Source: Amphiscolops sp. MND2022 (lineage: Eukaryota). Taken from it: a stretch of DNA of 64,000 nucleotides. The notes under the pieces are model-generated. The model did not search any database. It was not told the DNA's origin and saw only the letters and a program-made list of their open reading frames with translations. This document shows, piece after piece, positions 38,499 to 51,527 of the stretch. The position numbers were made by a program, and so were the translations under genes. Every line of letters begins with the position of its first letter. Within the stretch, counting starts at the first letter, position 1. The stretch lies in the NCBI GenBank assembly GCA_964187785.1, contig OZ076409.1, positions 44,890,001-44,954,000 on the forward strand, given 5' to 3'.

Positions 38499-38955
38499 AC
38501 TCGGCGCATTTTAGAAAATGTGCCCGACTCTTACAGTGGGTAGTTTTTTTCTTTTAGACGCGTAAGGTCCACTTTTTTGTTCAACATCGTCAAACCTCAA
38601 CAACTTCGAACCTCAACAACTCGAACCTCAAAAGCGCGTCCAAAACGAAAAGAAGAAACAAAACAGACGTTCAGAACCTCGAAAACACACTAAGGATCCC
38701 CCCAAAGCCCCACTTTTTTTTCGGTACTGAGACTTTTTGGATTGCACCAAAGGGCCCCCCCTTCATTTGTTTCGACATTTTCCAACACAATGGATGTCAA
38801 AAAATCCCAAAGGCTTCCTTTCCATTTTTCGGCACTGTGACACTGTTCACAAATCTTTTTTGGGAAATTTTTTCAAGTTTCCAAAGGGCTCCCCCCCACC
38901 TTTTACAATTTTGAGTCTTAGATATAGCGCCGACTTTGGCCGTTCTCGGCTTGTT
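38499..38955 (+). mobile_element. HINE-like family A copy
   Basis: Same 5' hairpin. 3' AGCGCCGACT plus variant stem-loop GCCG-TTCT-CGGC. Confidence 0.75.
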
Positions 38956-39099
38956 GTCTTTTTAAACCGTTTATTTCGAACTTTTATCTCAGTCAAGATC
39001 CCTGGATGGCAAATTCCCTTGTTTCTCTGCGTTCTATGGCCTATTTTTTCCAAAAAGCCCTTTTGATAACGCGTTTGTTCGTTGTTAGTCATTATTCGA

Positions 39100-39860
39100 A
39101 CACACGAAATCTCTGGAGAATGTTACAAAATTTGCAGAATAACGTCAAAATTTGAACCATTTTGGATTTTCGAATGTTTTGGGTCAATGTTTTGTTTTAC
39201 TTTGAAAACGGTCGTTTCCTATCAAAGACTGGCTGGTTGTTTCGTCTGGAGCTTTTTACACTTTCTAACCTACGAAAGTTTAGACAAAATTGCATCAAAA
39301 TCTATAAAAGTTACATTTTCTTGGGCTCAATTTGAAAGATTTTCTGACAAAACTCTGCTGATATCTCTTGAAAAAAGCCTACTGTATAACAATTTCAATC
39401 ATTATTGAACTTTTCGAACATTTAGCGAAGTCTACTGAAAATTTGACGAAAGTTGCGTAAAACGTTAAAAATCAGAAAATTTTGGAATTTTTCAAATTCG
39501 GAATTTTTTTTGGAAAACTACATTTATTTTTTCAGACAAGCTTCCTGGACAACGAATTATTTCCTTGTTTCACGTTCTCAACATTCTAAGCCACGAAGTC
39601 TATCGAAAATTTAACAAAAATTACATAAAAACGTTAAAAATTGGAAAATTTTGCAATTCTTCATTTTTGGGCCATTCTGGGGTCAAACCCAAAAATCTCT
39701 ACAAATACACACCGCATGAAACTATATTCATGTTTGTTGAATTCTATGAGTGACACTCCTCAATTTCGATTCAAATTTGGAACATGGCAAATTTGGGGGG
39801 AACAGCGACTGATTTATATATTTTCCTTTTCCATATGGAATTTGCGAAAGATCAGACGAT
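39100..39860 (+). repeat. Dispersed relative of the 2.45-kb/172-bp family (another copy, inverted, at ~63540-64000)
   Basis: Shares CTGGACAACGAA and TTGAATTCTATG...AAATTTGG...CCATATG with the end of the array unit. Confidence 0.65.
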
Positions 39861-40267
39861 AACCTTTTCCTGGAATATATAAAACTAATAATCATCACAT
39901 TGTGTCACAAAAATCGAAGGGCCGTTAAACACAAAAAAGTTATTTTCTAGACTGGAAATATCCAAAAGAACCCCCCCATACACATACTTTTCTCACAAGC
40001 GTCCCATACTAAAGAGAGCAATGTTAGATATTCGAACCAATCAGTATCATCGAAATTCCTGCAATACCGTTCTCATATTTCAATAGCAATAACTATGGCT
40101 CAGTGCTCAGGCTCTTTATGCATGTGAATCATATATTTCAGCAGCAAATTTCGATGAATTCAGGAGCGTTTTGTACTACTTTACTTGGCTTTCAAGTAAA
40201 ACATTCACAATAGAATATAAAACATAGAATCAGAAACTAATATTAATTTCGGTAACAACAAATCATG

Positions 40268-40598
40268 CTATTTCACATTATCATTCATCCATTCAGTTAT
40301 TCTCGCAGACTCTGCAGGGGAAAAATGAAAAGTTCTGTGAGCACAAGCCCAATTGAATGGCTTCCATGGTGGGTTTCTCATTTGCGATACATTAGGAGGG
40401 TCCATTTTGAGAGGTTCTAACAGACGCATGTGCAGACTTCTTCCATCATTATCGCCTTCACTAGTTTCGGACCACGATATTGAAAAGTGGGAAACGTACG
40501 AGTTAACAGACTGCTGCTGAACCTCCACTGCATTCCTATCTCGAATGTTTCTGTTCGTCACGAGTCCATAGCTGTCAATTCTCCGTGATACCAAAAAG
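40268..40598 (-). CDS. PRORP: PRORP-like exon 5 (terminal)
   Basis: Acceptor TTCCAG with matching phase 2. SLHM...WAC resembles the C-terminal WHIP...WLC. Five exons total 1785 nt, giving 594 aa. Confidence 0.8.
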
Positions 40599-41085
40599 CT
40601 GGAATAAACAAAAACTGCCCACTCACTTCTCAATTAGACAAAAATCATCTTTTTTGCAGCTTTAGATCAAAAATACTACATTATACGAATCAAACATTAA
40701 AAATCTAATAACCACGGTTATAAATGAAATTACAAATTCTCCACAAACTCTTCACAAACCTCATCAATCATCAGTAGTCACTTCCGAGAGATTTTTCGTC
40801 CCCAAAGCAGTTTTTTGGTTTCATTTTGAACATGTTGTAGAAGTCTTGAACTTTATCCACACTTTATCATTGTTCGGAAGCATTCATCAACAAAATTCTG
40901 ACATCAGCGAAAAGACCGTCAGAAATCTTCAAAACCTGGCACTTTGGTGAAATTCTTAAGGCATTCAATAATACGTATCAGCTATTTTTATATGCACGAT
41001 AACAGCAAACTTCAGATATTTTGCAAAAAAGGTTTTGCCTTCCTTAGAGCAAAATTAAGGGTCATTTCGACTACAGTCGTACCTG

Positions 41086-41557
41086 GGGTGCCAAAGTAAG
41101 TTCGCCATATTTAAGTTCGCCACGTATAAGTTAGCCCGTAAAACTTAGCCACGTTTAAGTTAGCCACCATATAAGATCGCCACGTTTATTTTCGCCACAT
41201 TTTAGCTAATGAAAGAATTCCATATCAGCGATTATTTTCATTTGGTTATATTTAGTGGCGATTAGCATACTTGTTGTATGGCTCGGTCGCTTCGCTCCCT
41301 TCGCCAAGTAGCAACATTGAGGCATGGCCATATGGCACGTCGCTCCGCTTCGCTTCGCTCCTGCATTTAGGGCACTAGGGGTATGTGAACATATCTGACT
41401 ACGTTATCGTAATTTTGAATGCTCGAATTTGATTGGCCGAAAATGTGGCGAACTTGTATGTGGCGAACATATATGGTGGCTAAATTAAATATGGCTAAGA
41501 TTTACGGGCTAACTTATATGTGGCGAACTTAAAAGTGGCGAACTTAAACGGACACGC
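41086..41557. mobile_element. Foldback MITE inserted in the left TIR of the previous MITE
   Basis: ~15-bp TAAGTTCGCCAC repeats mirrored by GTGGCGAACTTA. Flanking direct repeat CGTACCTGGG at 41078 and 41557 (TSD 7-10 bp, ambiguous). Confidence 0.8.
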
Positions 41558-41830
41558 GTACCTGGGTATAGCGTACCATCAATATAACGTAAACATATAT
41601 ATTACGTAAATCAAAGGCCGGTCCGCTGTCTGCGGTTAACTAAATTTACCATCGATATAGCGTAACCTCCGTATAGCGTAAAACTCTGTATAACGTAGCC
41701 CTTGTGCCGGTCCCGTTGCATTGAACACAGTGCGAAATTTTCTCTTAGCAGAAGGCCTCACCGAAGAGTCTTTTCAGCTGGAGAAGATTACGAGTTCAGT
41801 GAGCCGTGTCGCTGAAGAAAAGTTGAAACA

Positions 41831-42419
41831 AACAAGACGGGAACGTCTAAAGTCGGCGCTATATCTAAGGCTCAAAAAAGCGCTAAGTTTTTAAAATTGT
41901 AAAAGGGGGGACCCTTTCAGCTTTTCGAAAATCCAGTCTGTTGCAAAATATCAAAAAAAATTGAAGGAGACAATAAAAAAATTCGGAAATTTTTTTGAAA
42001 AAACTTTCGAAAAAACGAAAAATGAGAATTTTGAAAGTCTCACAGTGCCGAAAAACTAGAAAGGGGGGACCCTTTGGGCTTTTTGAAACTTCAGTTTGCT
42101 GCAAAATATCAAAAAACTTGAAGGGGGGACCGTTTGGCGACAAAAGAAAATTCGAAAAAAAAGTCGCACAGTGCCGAAAAAAATTCAAAGGGGGGACCCT
42201 GTAGTCCCGTCCGGTTTTGTATCTTACGTTAAAAATTGAGTACACGAAAGGGGGGACCCTTTGCAGTAACGCAGATGTGATTCCGCTTGCCGGTTCAGTA
42301 CTTTTAGTAGTTCTGTAAAAAGTGTCCACTACGCATACATTCTGTGGTCTGACGAAAAAAAAAGAAAAAAAAACTCGCTACTGTAATAGTCGGGCTCATT
42401 TTGATAAAATGCGCCGACT
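41831..42419 (-). mobile_element. HINE-like family A copy
   Basis: Both termini present in reverse complement, in A-runs. Confidence 0.78.
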
Positions 42420-42695
42420 AAAAACAATTACTGACTATTTTCATGTTTGCATCTGATATTTGAAGGACATGCCACATTTTGGGTTGTTTAATTCAAATAA
42501 GTAAGCAAAATTATTGTTTTGGATATAACGTAAACCTGGATACAACGTAGATTGGGCCGACCGCCCAGGGAGGTACGTTATACCCAGGTACGACTGTTGT
42601 GAATTTAGCGGTAAAATCTGTGATAGCAGAATCTTGATCGAAACATGTCTTTTCATTTGAAGGATTGCGTGGATATGAAGTAGAAAGTGTACTAC

Positions 42696-43096
42696 CTTCC
42701 TAAGTCAAGAGCATCAGGGCATAGCTTGACCAACTCAGCAACATGATCACGATAAAAATCATTGGTGAGGATGAAAGAATTTGAGAACAGAGCTGCGTAA
42801 ATGATGAACTTGTCGTCTAGAATGGTAGGGTGAACAACATGTACAACTACGCTGTCCTTATAGTGTGCATCAATCGCTCTCTGCAAATCATTGAATCTAA
42901 ATCTTGAATGATTCAGCATGCTTTTTTTGTCAGGTAAAAGCACAAGGACATTGGGCATATCCAACTTCTCGACCAGTTGCTGTATTTTTGTAAAAACAAT
43001 TTGACCCAAATCCAAATGCAAAGTCTTCACTGCATTTCTGAATGCGGCATTCATTCCATCAATGACGACATCGATTTGTTTTTTCGAACCTATTGT
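42696..43096 (-). CDS. PRORP: PRORP-like exon 4, NYN metallonuclease domain
   Basis: DVVIDGMN, LDDKFIIYAAL and TNDFYRDH match the PRORP NYN motifs (DVVIDGLN, DDPFLLYATL, DLMRDH). Confidence 0.9.
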
Positions 43097-43168
43097 CTAG
43101 AAAACGAAATCCAGATTAAAAGGATCATGAAAAGTTTGGCATATAAGAGAAAATTCTGTAGAACCTAC

Positions 43169-43400
43169 TTTATGCAAAGCATGTATTTGTCCTTCCAATC
43201 GTCTTGTGTCGAGTGCGCTCCGTGACTTGGCTTCTTCCAACATGTACTTCAAAAATTTGTCTCTGAGACTTACAACTTCAGTGCTGGTGAAAGTCAATTG
43301 GGGGAGCAAATCAATTTGGAAATCCTGAACTGATATGCTTCTGTCATCAGCCCCAGTTTTGGCTTGAATGTAAGAAAAACCAGCGTCTTCCAAAGATTGC
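43169..43400 (-). CDS. PRORP: PRORP-like exon 3
   Basis: Acceptor CTGCAG, phase-0 donor GTAGGT, open frame. Confidence 0.82.
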
Positions 43401-43470
43401 CTGCAGATTTAAAAAAATTCAACGCAAGACTCATTCAATTCGAAATAGAAGTAAGACTTTGACAACCTAC

Positions 43471-43794
43471 AACAGTAGATCCTCGTCGCAATGATAAAAC
43501 AGGCAGAGTTTCGAGTGTAACTTGGTACGGAAAAGCAGCAACTCCAGAGCTTTTATGAAATCATCAGCCGCCACTTTGGGTTTTTCGAGGAGGACCATAG
43601 CAGAAACAAGCAAGTCATCAATTATTCCGGTTGCCAACACAACGTCGCCGCAATTGCCTGAAAGAAGATGTTGCAACATCCGTGAGTGGTGTTCATCAAG
43701 TTGAGGCCCAGATATTACGGGGTTCATGGCCAACTCAACCGCAATTGCACTGAACAATCTTTGATCAGGCAGTAGCTTTCGCATTTGATCGGAC
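43471..43794 (-). CDS. PRORP: PRORP-like exon 2
   Basis: Acceptor TTTACCAAG, donor GTAGGT, open frame consistent with neighbouring exons. Confidence 0.8.
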
Positions 43795-44463
43795 CTTGGT
43801 AAAGAAAAGATATCAAGTAACGAAACACAAAAATCAAAGAAGACGCAGAAGTGTGAAAGGAGGTCGCTACCCACTTAAGTAACTTCAACAAAAAATAGCA
43901 CAAAACACCCATTAGAAAGTATTTTTTAATGCATTCAAAACGCCAATAATAAACATTTTCAAACGATTTTATGGATTCGTGTTTTCGCATAATTCTACAG
44001 GGGGCCGTGCTTCGCACTACCTCAAGGCTGACAAAATGTAAGTCCAACAAGAAACTCGAAAAAATATTGTAAAGGCACGAACTCCAAGATGCTCAGCGTA
44101 TGGCTCGCAGTGTCAACAAGTTGCGGGAAGATGAACGATTGTAATAGGGGGTTAAGAGTTGTTACTTTTGTATCACGAAATGCTTTTCATATACACTTCA
44201 ATTAGACCTGGCCTCAGAGGAAACCAAGCTATTCGCAGGTACTGCTCCATTAGTGATGAAACAAATATGTGGATAATCGTGGTGCATTTAGTTTCATTAA
44301 ACCTGTTCAATTGCCATTGGAGCAAACAAAAAAAACGTTTAGATTTTGTTGTTATCTACTGATTTTCATCCTGTGAAGGCACATAGCGACTTTTAGGAGA
44401 AACGTTCCCTGAACAAGCAGCCAGTAAGTTTTAGTTGAATGCAATGAGTCTCGACGCTTCAAG

Positions 44464-47400
44464 TTCAATAGCCTTGAAACTGTTAAAATAGGAAAAACGA
44501 AAAACATGATTTCTGGATACTTTGGATCGAAAGGCAAATTGTTCAATTAGTATTTTCGACAAGCATGGAGCCTGTGAATCTTCAATATGGGAACCTAAAT
44601 GTGGCAGTTGCATCCTCTGAAACGTTACAATCATGGCGTAGCAATTGAATTATCAGGGGTGTCAAGATTATAAAGGGTTTGACATGACTTCACATTTTAT
44701 ACACTATCGCGAGAGAGTGCCTCCGATAGAGTAGATAGTACACTGTGACAGAGTATTGGAAAGAGCAATAAATTTGAAACTGAATTAATGCTAGTATTTC
44801 CCAACACCTGTCGAAAATGCTTGAATAAACTACATGACATAAATCTAGTTGCTGTTGCCTTTGAATCGAGATACAGTTCGTAATACATTATTATCTCTAT
44901 CCTTTCTATTCTTCTAACTTTGCCTCTCAGTAGTCTATTACATGGCGCTGCGAGAAACGTCTACTGCATCGGCGCAAAAAGAGAACCCTTCGTTGCTCCC
45001 CGGTCTGCCGCTTTTCTGGTCGGACAATACAAGATCTCCGTTAATGAAATGGGAGGGATGGTTCGACCTGTTTGCCGTAGCAGTCATGGCGAAATATTCA
45101 ATATCAATAGAAGAGCTGACAAGAATCCCAGAAGCGGACAATCCCAGAATGAAGGCAATAATTGGAATATGGCAGAAGAAGCGGCGGAGAAAAAAGTCGT
45201 AGCTTGGCTATTCCTTTCGGTGGGAGAACCCGCCAGGAAGATGTTCAAAGACAAACATCCCGAGCTATCAGTCTGTAGAAACAGCTCTCACGTTGCACGT
45301 AACAGAACAATAGACAGGTTTCAGTCCAGAAAACAACAAAGTAACAAGTCTCTACAACAATTCTGGCACGAAGTCAACTGGTTGGCTTCGAGATAATTGG
45401 GCAAAATCACCCAAACGTTGGTGCATGACGTGTTCATTTCAAATATGAACAACAAAAAGGTCCAGGAGAGGCCATGTGTAGAGCCCTTCAATGACCCTCA
45501 AGAAGCCCTGCAATATGCCATTTCCTACGAAGAAGGCGTCAAGAGACATAAGACCATGGGGATAGGAGTGGCAGAAAGTTAGAAAGTGGCAATCAAGAGA
45601 GATCTGGTATGTGCGGTGGAAAGGGTCAATAAGAGGCATGCTTTCGTTGCGGAGTAGGAAACTTCACAACAGACCACAAAGAAATGCCCGGCCATAAACC
45701 ATAAATTTGAATTCTGCGACATCATTGGCCACCTTGGAATGTGCTGTAACCAAAAATTCCCCGGAAGGAAGAAGCAGATGAAGCAGAGAATGCAGAACAG
45801 ACGGAGAGGAATGTCGAGAGTGAATTACGTATCAGAAGAATCAGACGAATGGGATAACGACAAAATAATTTTGCAGGTGAATGGAGTAGGAGCAAAACCA
45901 TTCATGATAGAAGGCCTGATGTGTTGAAACAAATTCCAGGCCATCATTGGTACTAGTTCCCCTGTCTCTTTTCCGAGTGGATGACCTAGAAAGCATCATC
46001 GGAAAACATTGGGTAGTCGTCAGAGAGATGATAGGTGATGAAAGATACGTGGACTCTATTAGACGCCCTTTACCGCTGTTGGGATATATGTTCGTTAGCG
46101 TCCAAGTAGGGAAAACGAGAAGGTGAAAGCCGGGAGTGCTTGTCGCGAAGAAAGGAACGAAATCAATTGTCGGCCGTGATTGGCTTATACCGCTGAAATA
46201 CAAAATCGAACAGGCAATAACGCAAGGTGAGAACACATTAAATAGCAGTTCCTGCGAAAGCGTAGATTGTGAGATTAAGCTGAGTGCGACGCGGAGCAAA
46301 AAGAGTTTCCAAATTTGTTTAAGGGACGCGGTAGAGTAGACAATTACAGAATTAAAATTGAGATGAAAGACGGTACTCGAGTCACTCAGCAGAAAGGACG
46401 TAGAATACCACTACAACTGCAGCAAGTAGATGAAGAAATACAAAAAAGGAACACCATAAAAGAAGATGTTTTTATACAACCGGTAGTAATAACTGTAAAG
46501 AAAGATCGTTCTGTAAAAATAGCACTAGATGCACGAGCGCTAAATAACTCAATTGCAAAAGAAAGGTATCAAATGACGAATTTAGACAGTTTAATGGACA
46601 TGACCGCAGAAAACATCGACCGAAAAGAAGGACAACTATGGTATTCTTCGGTCGATATGAAGTATGCCTATGGACAAGTACCATTAGACAAAAGTACTGC
46701 TATACATTGTAATTTTCAAATGATCGGCAGAAAATCAACAGGTACTTATCGATTCATAACCTGAAATTACGGACTGTCAATAATGCCGACCGAATTCCAG
46801 AAACTAATGAATATAACACTTGTAGATATGGACTATACATTTGCGTATATAGACGATATTCTAATTGTGGAAAAAGGTGAAAAAAAGTGTACATATGCAA
46901 AAAGTTCGGGAGGTGTCGAAAGTGTTAGGTAGCGCGAATTTGCAATTGAGAGCAGACAAATGTAAAATAGCTTGTACAAAAACAGAATGGTTGGAATAAG
47001 AGTTGTCAGGGAAGGCATTGCCCCAGTAAATGGCAAAGTGCAAGGATTTACCGAAAGACTGCGACCAGATAATTTAAGAGTTGAGATCATCTCTGGGAGC
47101 AGTTACCCAACTAAATTTGTACCTGATTTAGCTAATATTTGTGCACCATTTAGATCAATATTGAACAAAGAAGCTGAGTGGGAATGGACTCGAGGACATG
47201 AGGCATTATTAAAAATTAACCATGGAGTTAAAAAGAATAACGGAACTGACACATTTTAAAAGAGAAGAAATTGCGAATTATCTGCGATGCGAGCGAACAA
47301 GGCTTAGGGGCTGTCCTAGAGCAACAGCAAGATAACCAAGATTGGAAACAGGTGTCATACGCGTCTAGATTTTTACCAAATTGGATTAAAGAATTCGAAT

Positions 47401-50400
47401 AACGAATTCGATTAACGAATTGGAATTATTAGCTGTAGTTTGGGCGATCGAGCATTTTCAAAATTACGTTTACGGCGTGAAATTTCGAGTTATTTCAGAT
47501 CATAAAGCGTTGGCATCGGTGCTGAAACCGAACAGGAGTAATAAAACATTCTCTAGCCGTTTAACAAGGTGAGTGGATCGGTTATTGCTATGCGAATTCA
47601 TGCACCAGGACGAGTACTAGGTTTTGCGGATTATTTATCAAGACACCCTAGTGAGATAAAAGGAAATGCGATAAATTCCGAAAAACAATGGAATGACTGG
47701 TTCACCGTAATTACAATTACGAAAATTGATGTATTTCAGAGACGCCGAAAGCGGTGAATCTGCCGCGCGCGCCTGATTCGGTATAGAGTGGAGACGAAGC
47801 AAGACGCGCAACAAGCGGGAAGCAAAAGAACGAAACGGTAATCAGCCAATCAAATCGCAGGAAAGTTACGCGCGGACGAACGAACGGAACGGAAACTCAG
47901 TGCGGTACAAAATCTAAACGAAACAAGCGTGCAAAGAAATAGCAAAATGATGCTAAATAACGCTTCCGAAGTAAGACAAAATGACTCATTCCTGCCCGCG
48001 AATTATGAAGCTGATAAAATGCTCCAAAAAGTCATTCAACTACGAAAAACAAAATAAGGGGCAAAAATTTCCGTTTCCTGTACCAGGGATGGCTCAAAAA
48101 TAACAATTGTTATTCAACAGGCAATTTAACAAACACGTGTTATTTGTTTTCACAAACACTTTTGTTATTTTATTCTTTAACTACCGGTACTCTTGGTTTC
48201 AGATTAAAATCATGGGTAAAACGAAAAGCGATATCTGGTATCATTACACAGAAATTCGTCTGAATGGGGTCACTAGAGCCCAATGCTCAGCATGCAAGAT
48301 TGATATGGTAGCAAATGCAGCATAAATGAAAAAACAGAAGATTGTATTAGTAGAGAAAACGAGCCTGTTCCTCGCAAAATGCTGAAACAATCAACTCTAG
48401 TCTCCGCTGATACGCCGGCCACCATGAACGCAAAGTTAGAAAAACAAATTGGTCGCTATTTTGTAGCATCGAACACAGCTTTTCGTCAGGTGGAAAAAAG
48501 GAATTCATTAGAATTGATTGGTGGTTGACATGAAAAAAGCTAGGATTCCAAGAAAATTTGGTGGAATTGTCTACAACTCTTGTGGAAGCAGCGCTCTCAG
48601 CTGCAAGCTTAGAACGGAGCTTTTCGACATTTTGATAGTTATTTTTGAATTTAACATACAATTGACCAACCCTGGCCTGCGCCCTGGCGTGGAAAATTCA
48701 ATTCCTTCAGCGTCGATAGCCGCAATTACTTATATATGAACGAACGGGTAGTGATTCCTATTAATTTACGCGCTTCAATAGTAGTTCGATACGCTATGGA
48801 CATCCTGGCAATCATACCATGCTCCGGTATATCTCCGATATCTGGTGGCCCAAAGTACACCGTGAAGTATTAAGGACGGCGAAATGTTGCGTCCAGTGCA
48901 ACCTAGCAGGTGAAAATATTAACCCTTCACCAAAACAAAAGCAATTTAGGAATATTCCAAAATCGGAAAAACCGAACGATGAAATAGCATTAGATTTCGC
49001 GGGTCCCTTCCAAAATTCGCGGAACACGGAGAGAAATATCAGTTAGTAGCCGTAGACAATTTTTTGCGTGGCCCGACGCCCTATTTTTACATAAACCAAC
49101 AACAAAGAAATTGAAATTAAAAAGCTACATCACAGTATGGTATACCAAAACAAATTAGATCCGATCCAGACACAATGTTTACTAGCGATGAGTTTAAAAG
49201 GTTTTGTCACCAATTTCAAAACACGTAACCTGCCCAGTGCGCGACCACCAGGGAAATGGCAAAATTGAGCGATTGATACAAACCATAAATGAACGACTGA
49301 GGACGAATAGGAACATCGTCTTAAAAAGAGACAAATCAGGACAATCAGAAATTCTATACGCCTTAAGAAGGTGAAAAAGCGGACGGGAAATCGCCATTTG
49401 AGAACTTATACGGTCGAAAACCGAACACGGTGAAAAGTAACAGTAGACAAAATTAAGGGTGTTTCAGAAGTATACCCAGGCCTAAAATTCAGCACGTCAG
49501 ATTTCGAGGAGGAAATCGATCCGGCAATCCTGGTGAGGGAAAGAACCTAAGGGTCCAAACTTGAAAGACAATTTAAAAAGAAGGCCGGAAAGGTGATCAA
49601 GGAGAGTGTCCATACTATCACCTTCCGAAACACGGCAAAAAGGTGATCTACTCAAAACGAGATGTGGCTAAGGCAAAGCCAGAGAAGAAGAGTAGACAAA
49701 ACCCGAAACCCCGAACAGAAGAGGAAGCTGGTCCGTCCACACGATCGGATGCGATGGAAGAATCGTCGGAAGACGAAACTTACGTCGTAACTGAGGAAAC
49801 TGGTGACGACGAATCAAGCCCTACATATACCACCACTACGGAGAATGCCGAGTCAAAGGACGAAACGTAAAACGAAGGAAGAACGGAAGAAGAGGAGCCA
49901 AGGCCTGAGGGAGTTGAGGCAGAAAGGGAGGAAATGTCTATCAGCCTGGAAGAAGCAATCCACCTAGAAGAGGGCATTCCTGGAAAAGAAAAAATTAGAG
50001 GAGGCCGTGAAGGCATCGGTGACATGGACCCCCCTGAAACGAGAAACGCGTCGAATACGGCCAACGGAAAGTTATGGGATCGATGTGATAATGCAAGTAG
50101 ACGAGGAAGAAAGTAGCAACAAGGTGTAGAAGAAATCTGCTGATACACATCAACTGTCAAACATTAGACATCAGCAGTAGCTGGAACTCTGAAGAAACAT
50201 TGAACGTAATCGTGTTTAATTTGGTACATTTGCTGAGTCATGTAATCTGAAATAAATACATTAAAACATTCAATAGCCTTGAAACGGTTAAAATAGGAAA
50301 AACGAAAAACATGATTTCTGGATACTTTGGATCGAAAGGCAAATAGTTCATTTAGTATTTTCGACAAGCATGGAGCCTATGAATCTTCAATATGGGAACC

Positions 50401-50747
50401 TAAATGTGGCAGTTGCATCCTCTGAAACGTTACAATCATGGCGTAGCAATTGAATTATCAGGGGTGTCAAGATTATAAAGGGTTTGACATGACTTCACAT
50501 TTTATACACTATCGCGAGAGAGTGCCTCCGATAGAGTAGATAGTACACTGTGACAGAGTATTGGAAAGAGCAATAAAGTTGAAACTGAATTAATGCTAGT
50601 TTTTCCCAACACCTGTCGAAAATGCTTGAATAAACTACATGACATAAATCTAGTTGCTGTTGCCTTTGAATCGAGATACAGTTCGTAATACATTATTATC
50701 TCTATTCTTTCCATTCTTCTTACTTTGCCTATCAGCAGTATATAAAA
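44464..50747 (+). mobile_element. Ty3/Gypsy LTR retrotransposon, decayed, antisense within PRORP intron 1
   Basis: Shared LTR block 44464-44942 vs 50269-50747. PBS TGGCGCTGCGAG (tRNA-Ser-like) at 44943. Gag, RT YIDD (~46846), RNase H CDAS and LLAVVWAIEHF, integrase GHPG and DFAGP. Purine tract at ~50100-50112. Confidence 0.92.
48084..48674 (+). mobile_element. Internally deleted hAT element inside the Gypsy pol
   Basis: TIRs CAGGGATGGCTCAA / TTGACCAACCCTG. Decayed 8-bp TSD TCCTGTAC / GCCTGCGC. BED-finger remnant IWYHY...CSAC. Confidence 0.78.
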
Positions 50748-50991
50748 CACACGTATAGAAAACAAATTCACCGGCTCAGCAGGGTATCTCTCCGGCGATT
50801 AGAAAACCTTTATTCATAGTGGCTTTTGTCATTTTCGGATTACTTATATCACGATCGGGCTAAGATCGGTTATTAAACACTTGTTCATCCTGAAAATTAG
50901 CCAATTTTACTCAGCGCTTTTCCAAGACCAGCGAACTGACCCATTTCTATGAACATTTCTACAACTTCAAATTTTTATGAATTCCATATGC

Positions 50992-51078
50992 CACTTAGCC
51001 TAGAGGATACGTGCGTGACTGGGCATCAGGTGTACTTTCGTGGGGGGTTCGAATCCTGTGATAGACCAAAAACTTTTT
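50992..51078 (+). other. tRNA-derived (SINE-head-like) sequence
   Basis: A-box-like TAGCCTAGAGG (50996), B-box GGTTCGAATCC (51046), T5 at 51074. Confidence 0.45.
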
Positions 51079-51527
51079 ATGCTTGCGAAAGTAGAGGCGA
51101 GACCACAGGGTCCCCTTTTGTGTTTTTCAAGGCACTGTGCTGCTTTTCAAAGAAATTATTTGGTCAGAGGGTAGCCCCTTTATTTCATAAATTGTTTTCG
51201 GCTAGGAAAGTTTTTTGCGAGCTTATGAGTTTTCGGAACTAAGACTATTCCGGAACGAAAAAAATTTCCAACTGAAAATTAGAATGATTTTCAAGCTTTT
51301 AAAAAGGTTTTTCGAGCGTTATGAGTATTCTTTCTGGTATTTTTCGGCACTGTAAGTTTGATTAGAATTTTCATAATAGTTTCCTTCGCACTTCTAAAAG
51401 ACTTTTGCTTTTTTTGAACCTAGAGCGGAGCACCGACTTAGGCCGTTCCCTACTTGTTTAAATTGTCCCGAAAACTACACATTGAAGTTCCCAATAACGT
51501 AACCATCATTAATGTGATTACACCCAC

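Larger units (their letters stand above)
41074..42596. mobile_element. Tc1/mariner-pogo-like MITE carrying two nested insertions
   Basis: TIRs CAGTCGTACCTGGGTATA(G/A)CGT. Left flank TA, right flank TT. Confidence 0.7.

Noticed and set aside
40925..40976. Minus-strand peptide RIIECLKNFTKVPGFEDF resembling a nuclear-receptor signature
   Set aside because: Followed immediately by a stop and lies within a PRORP intron; probably coincidence.
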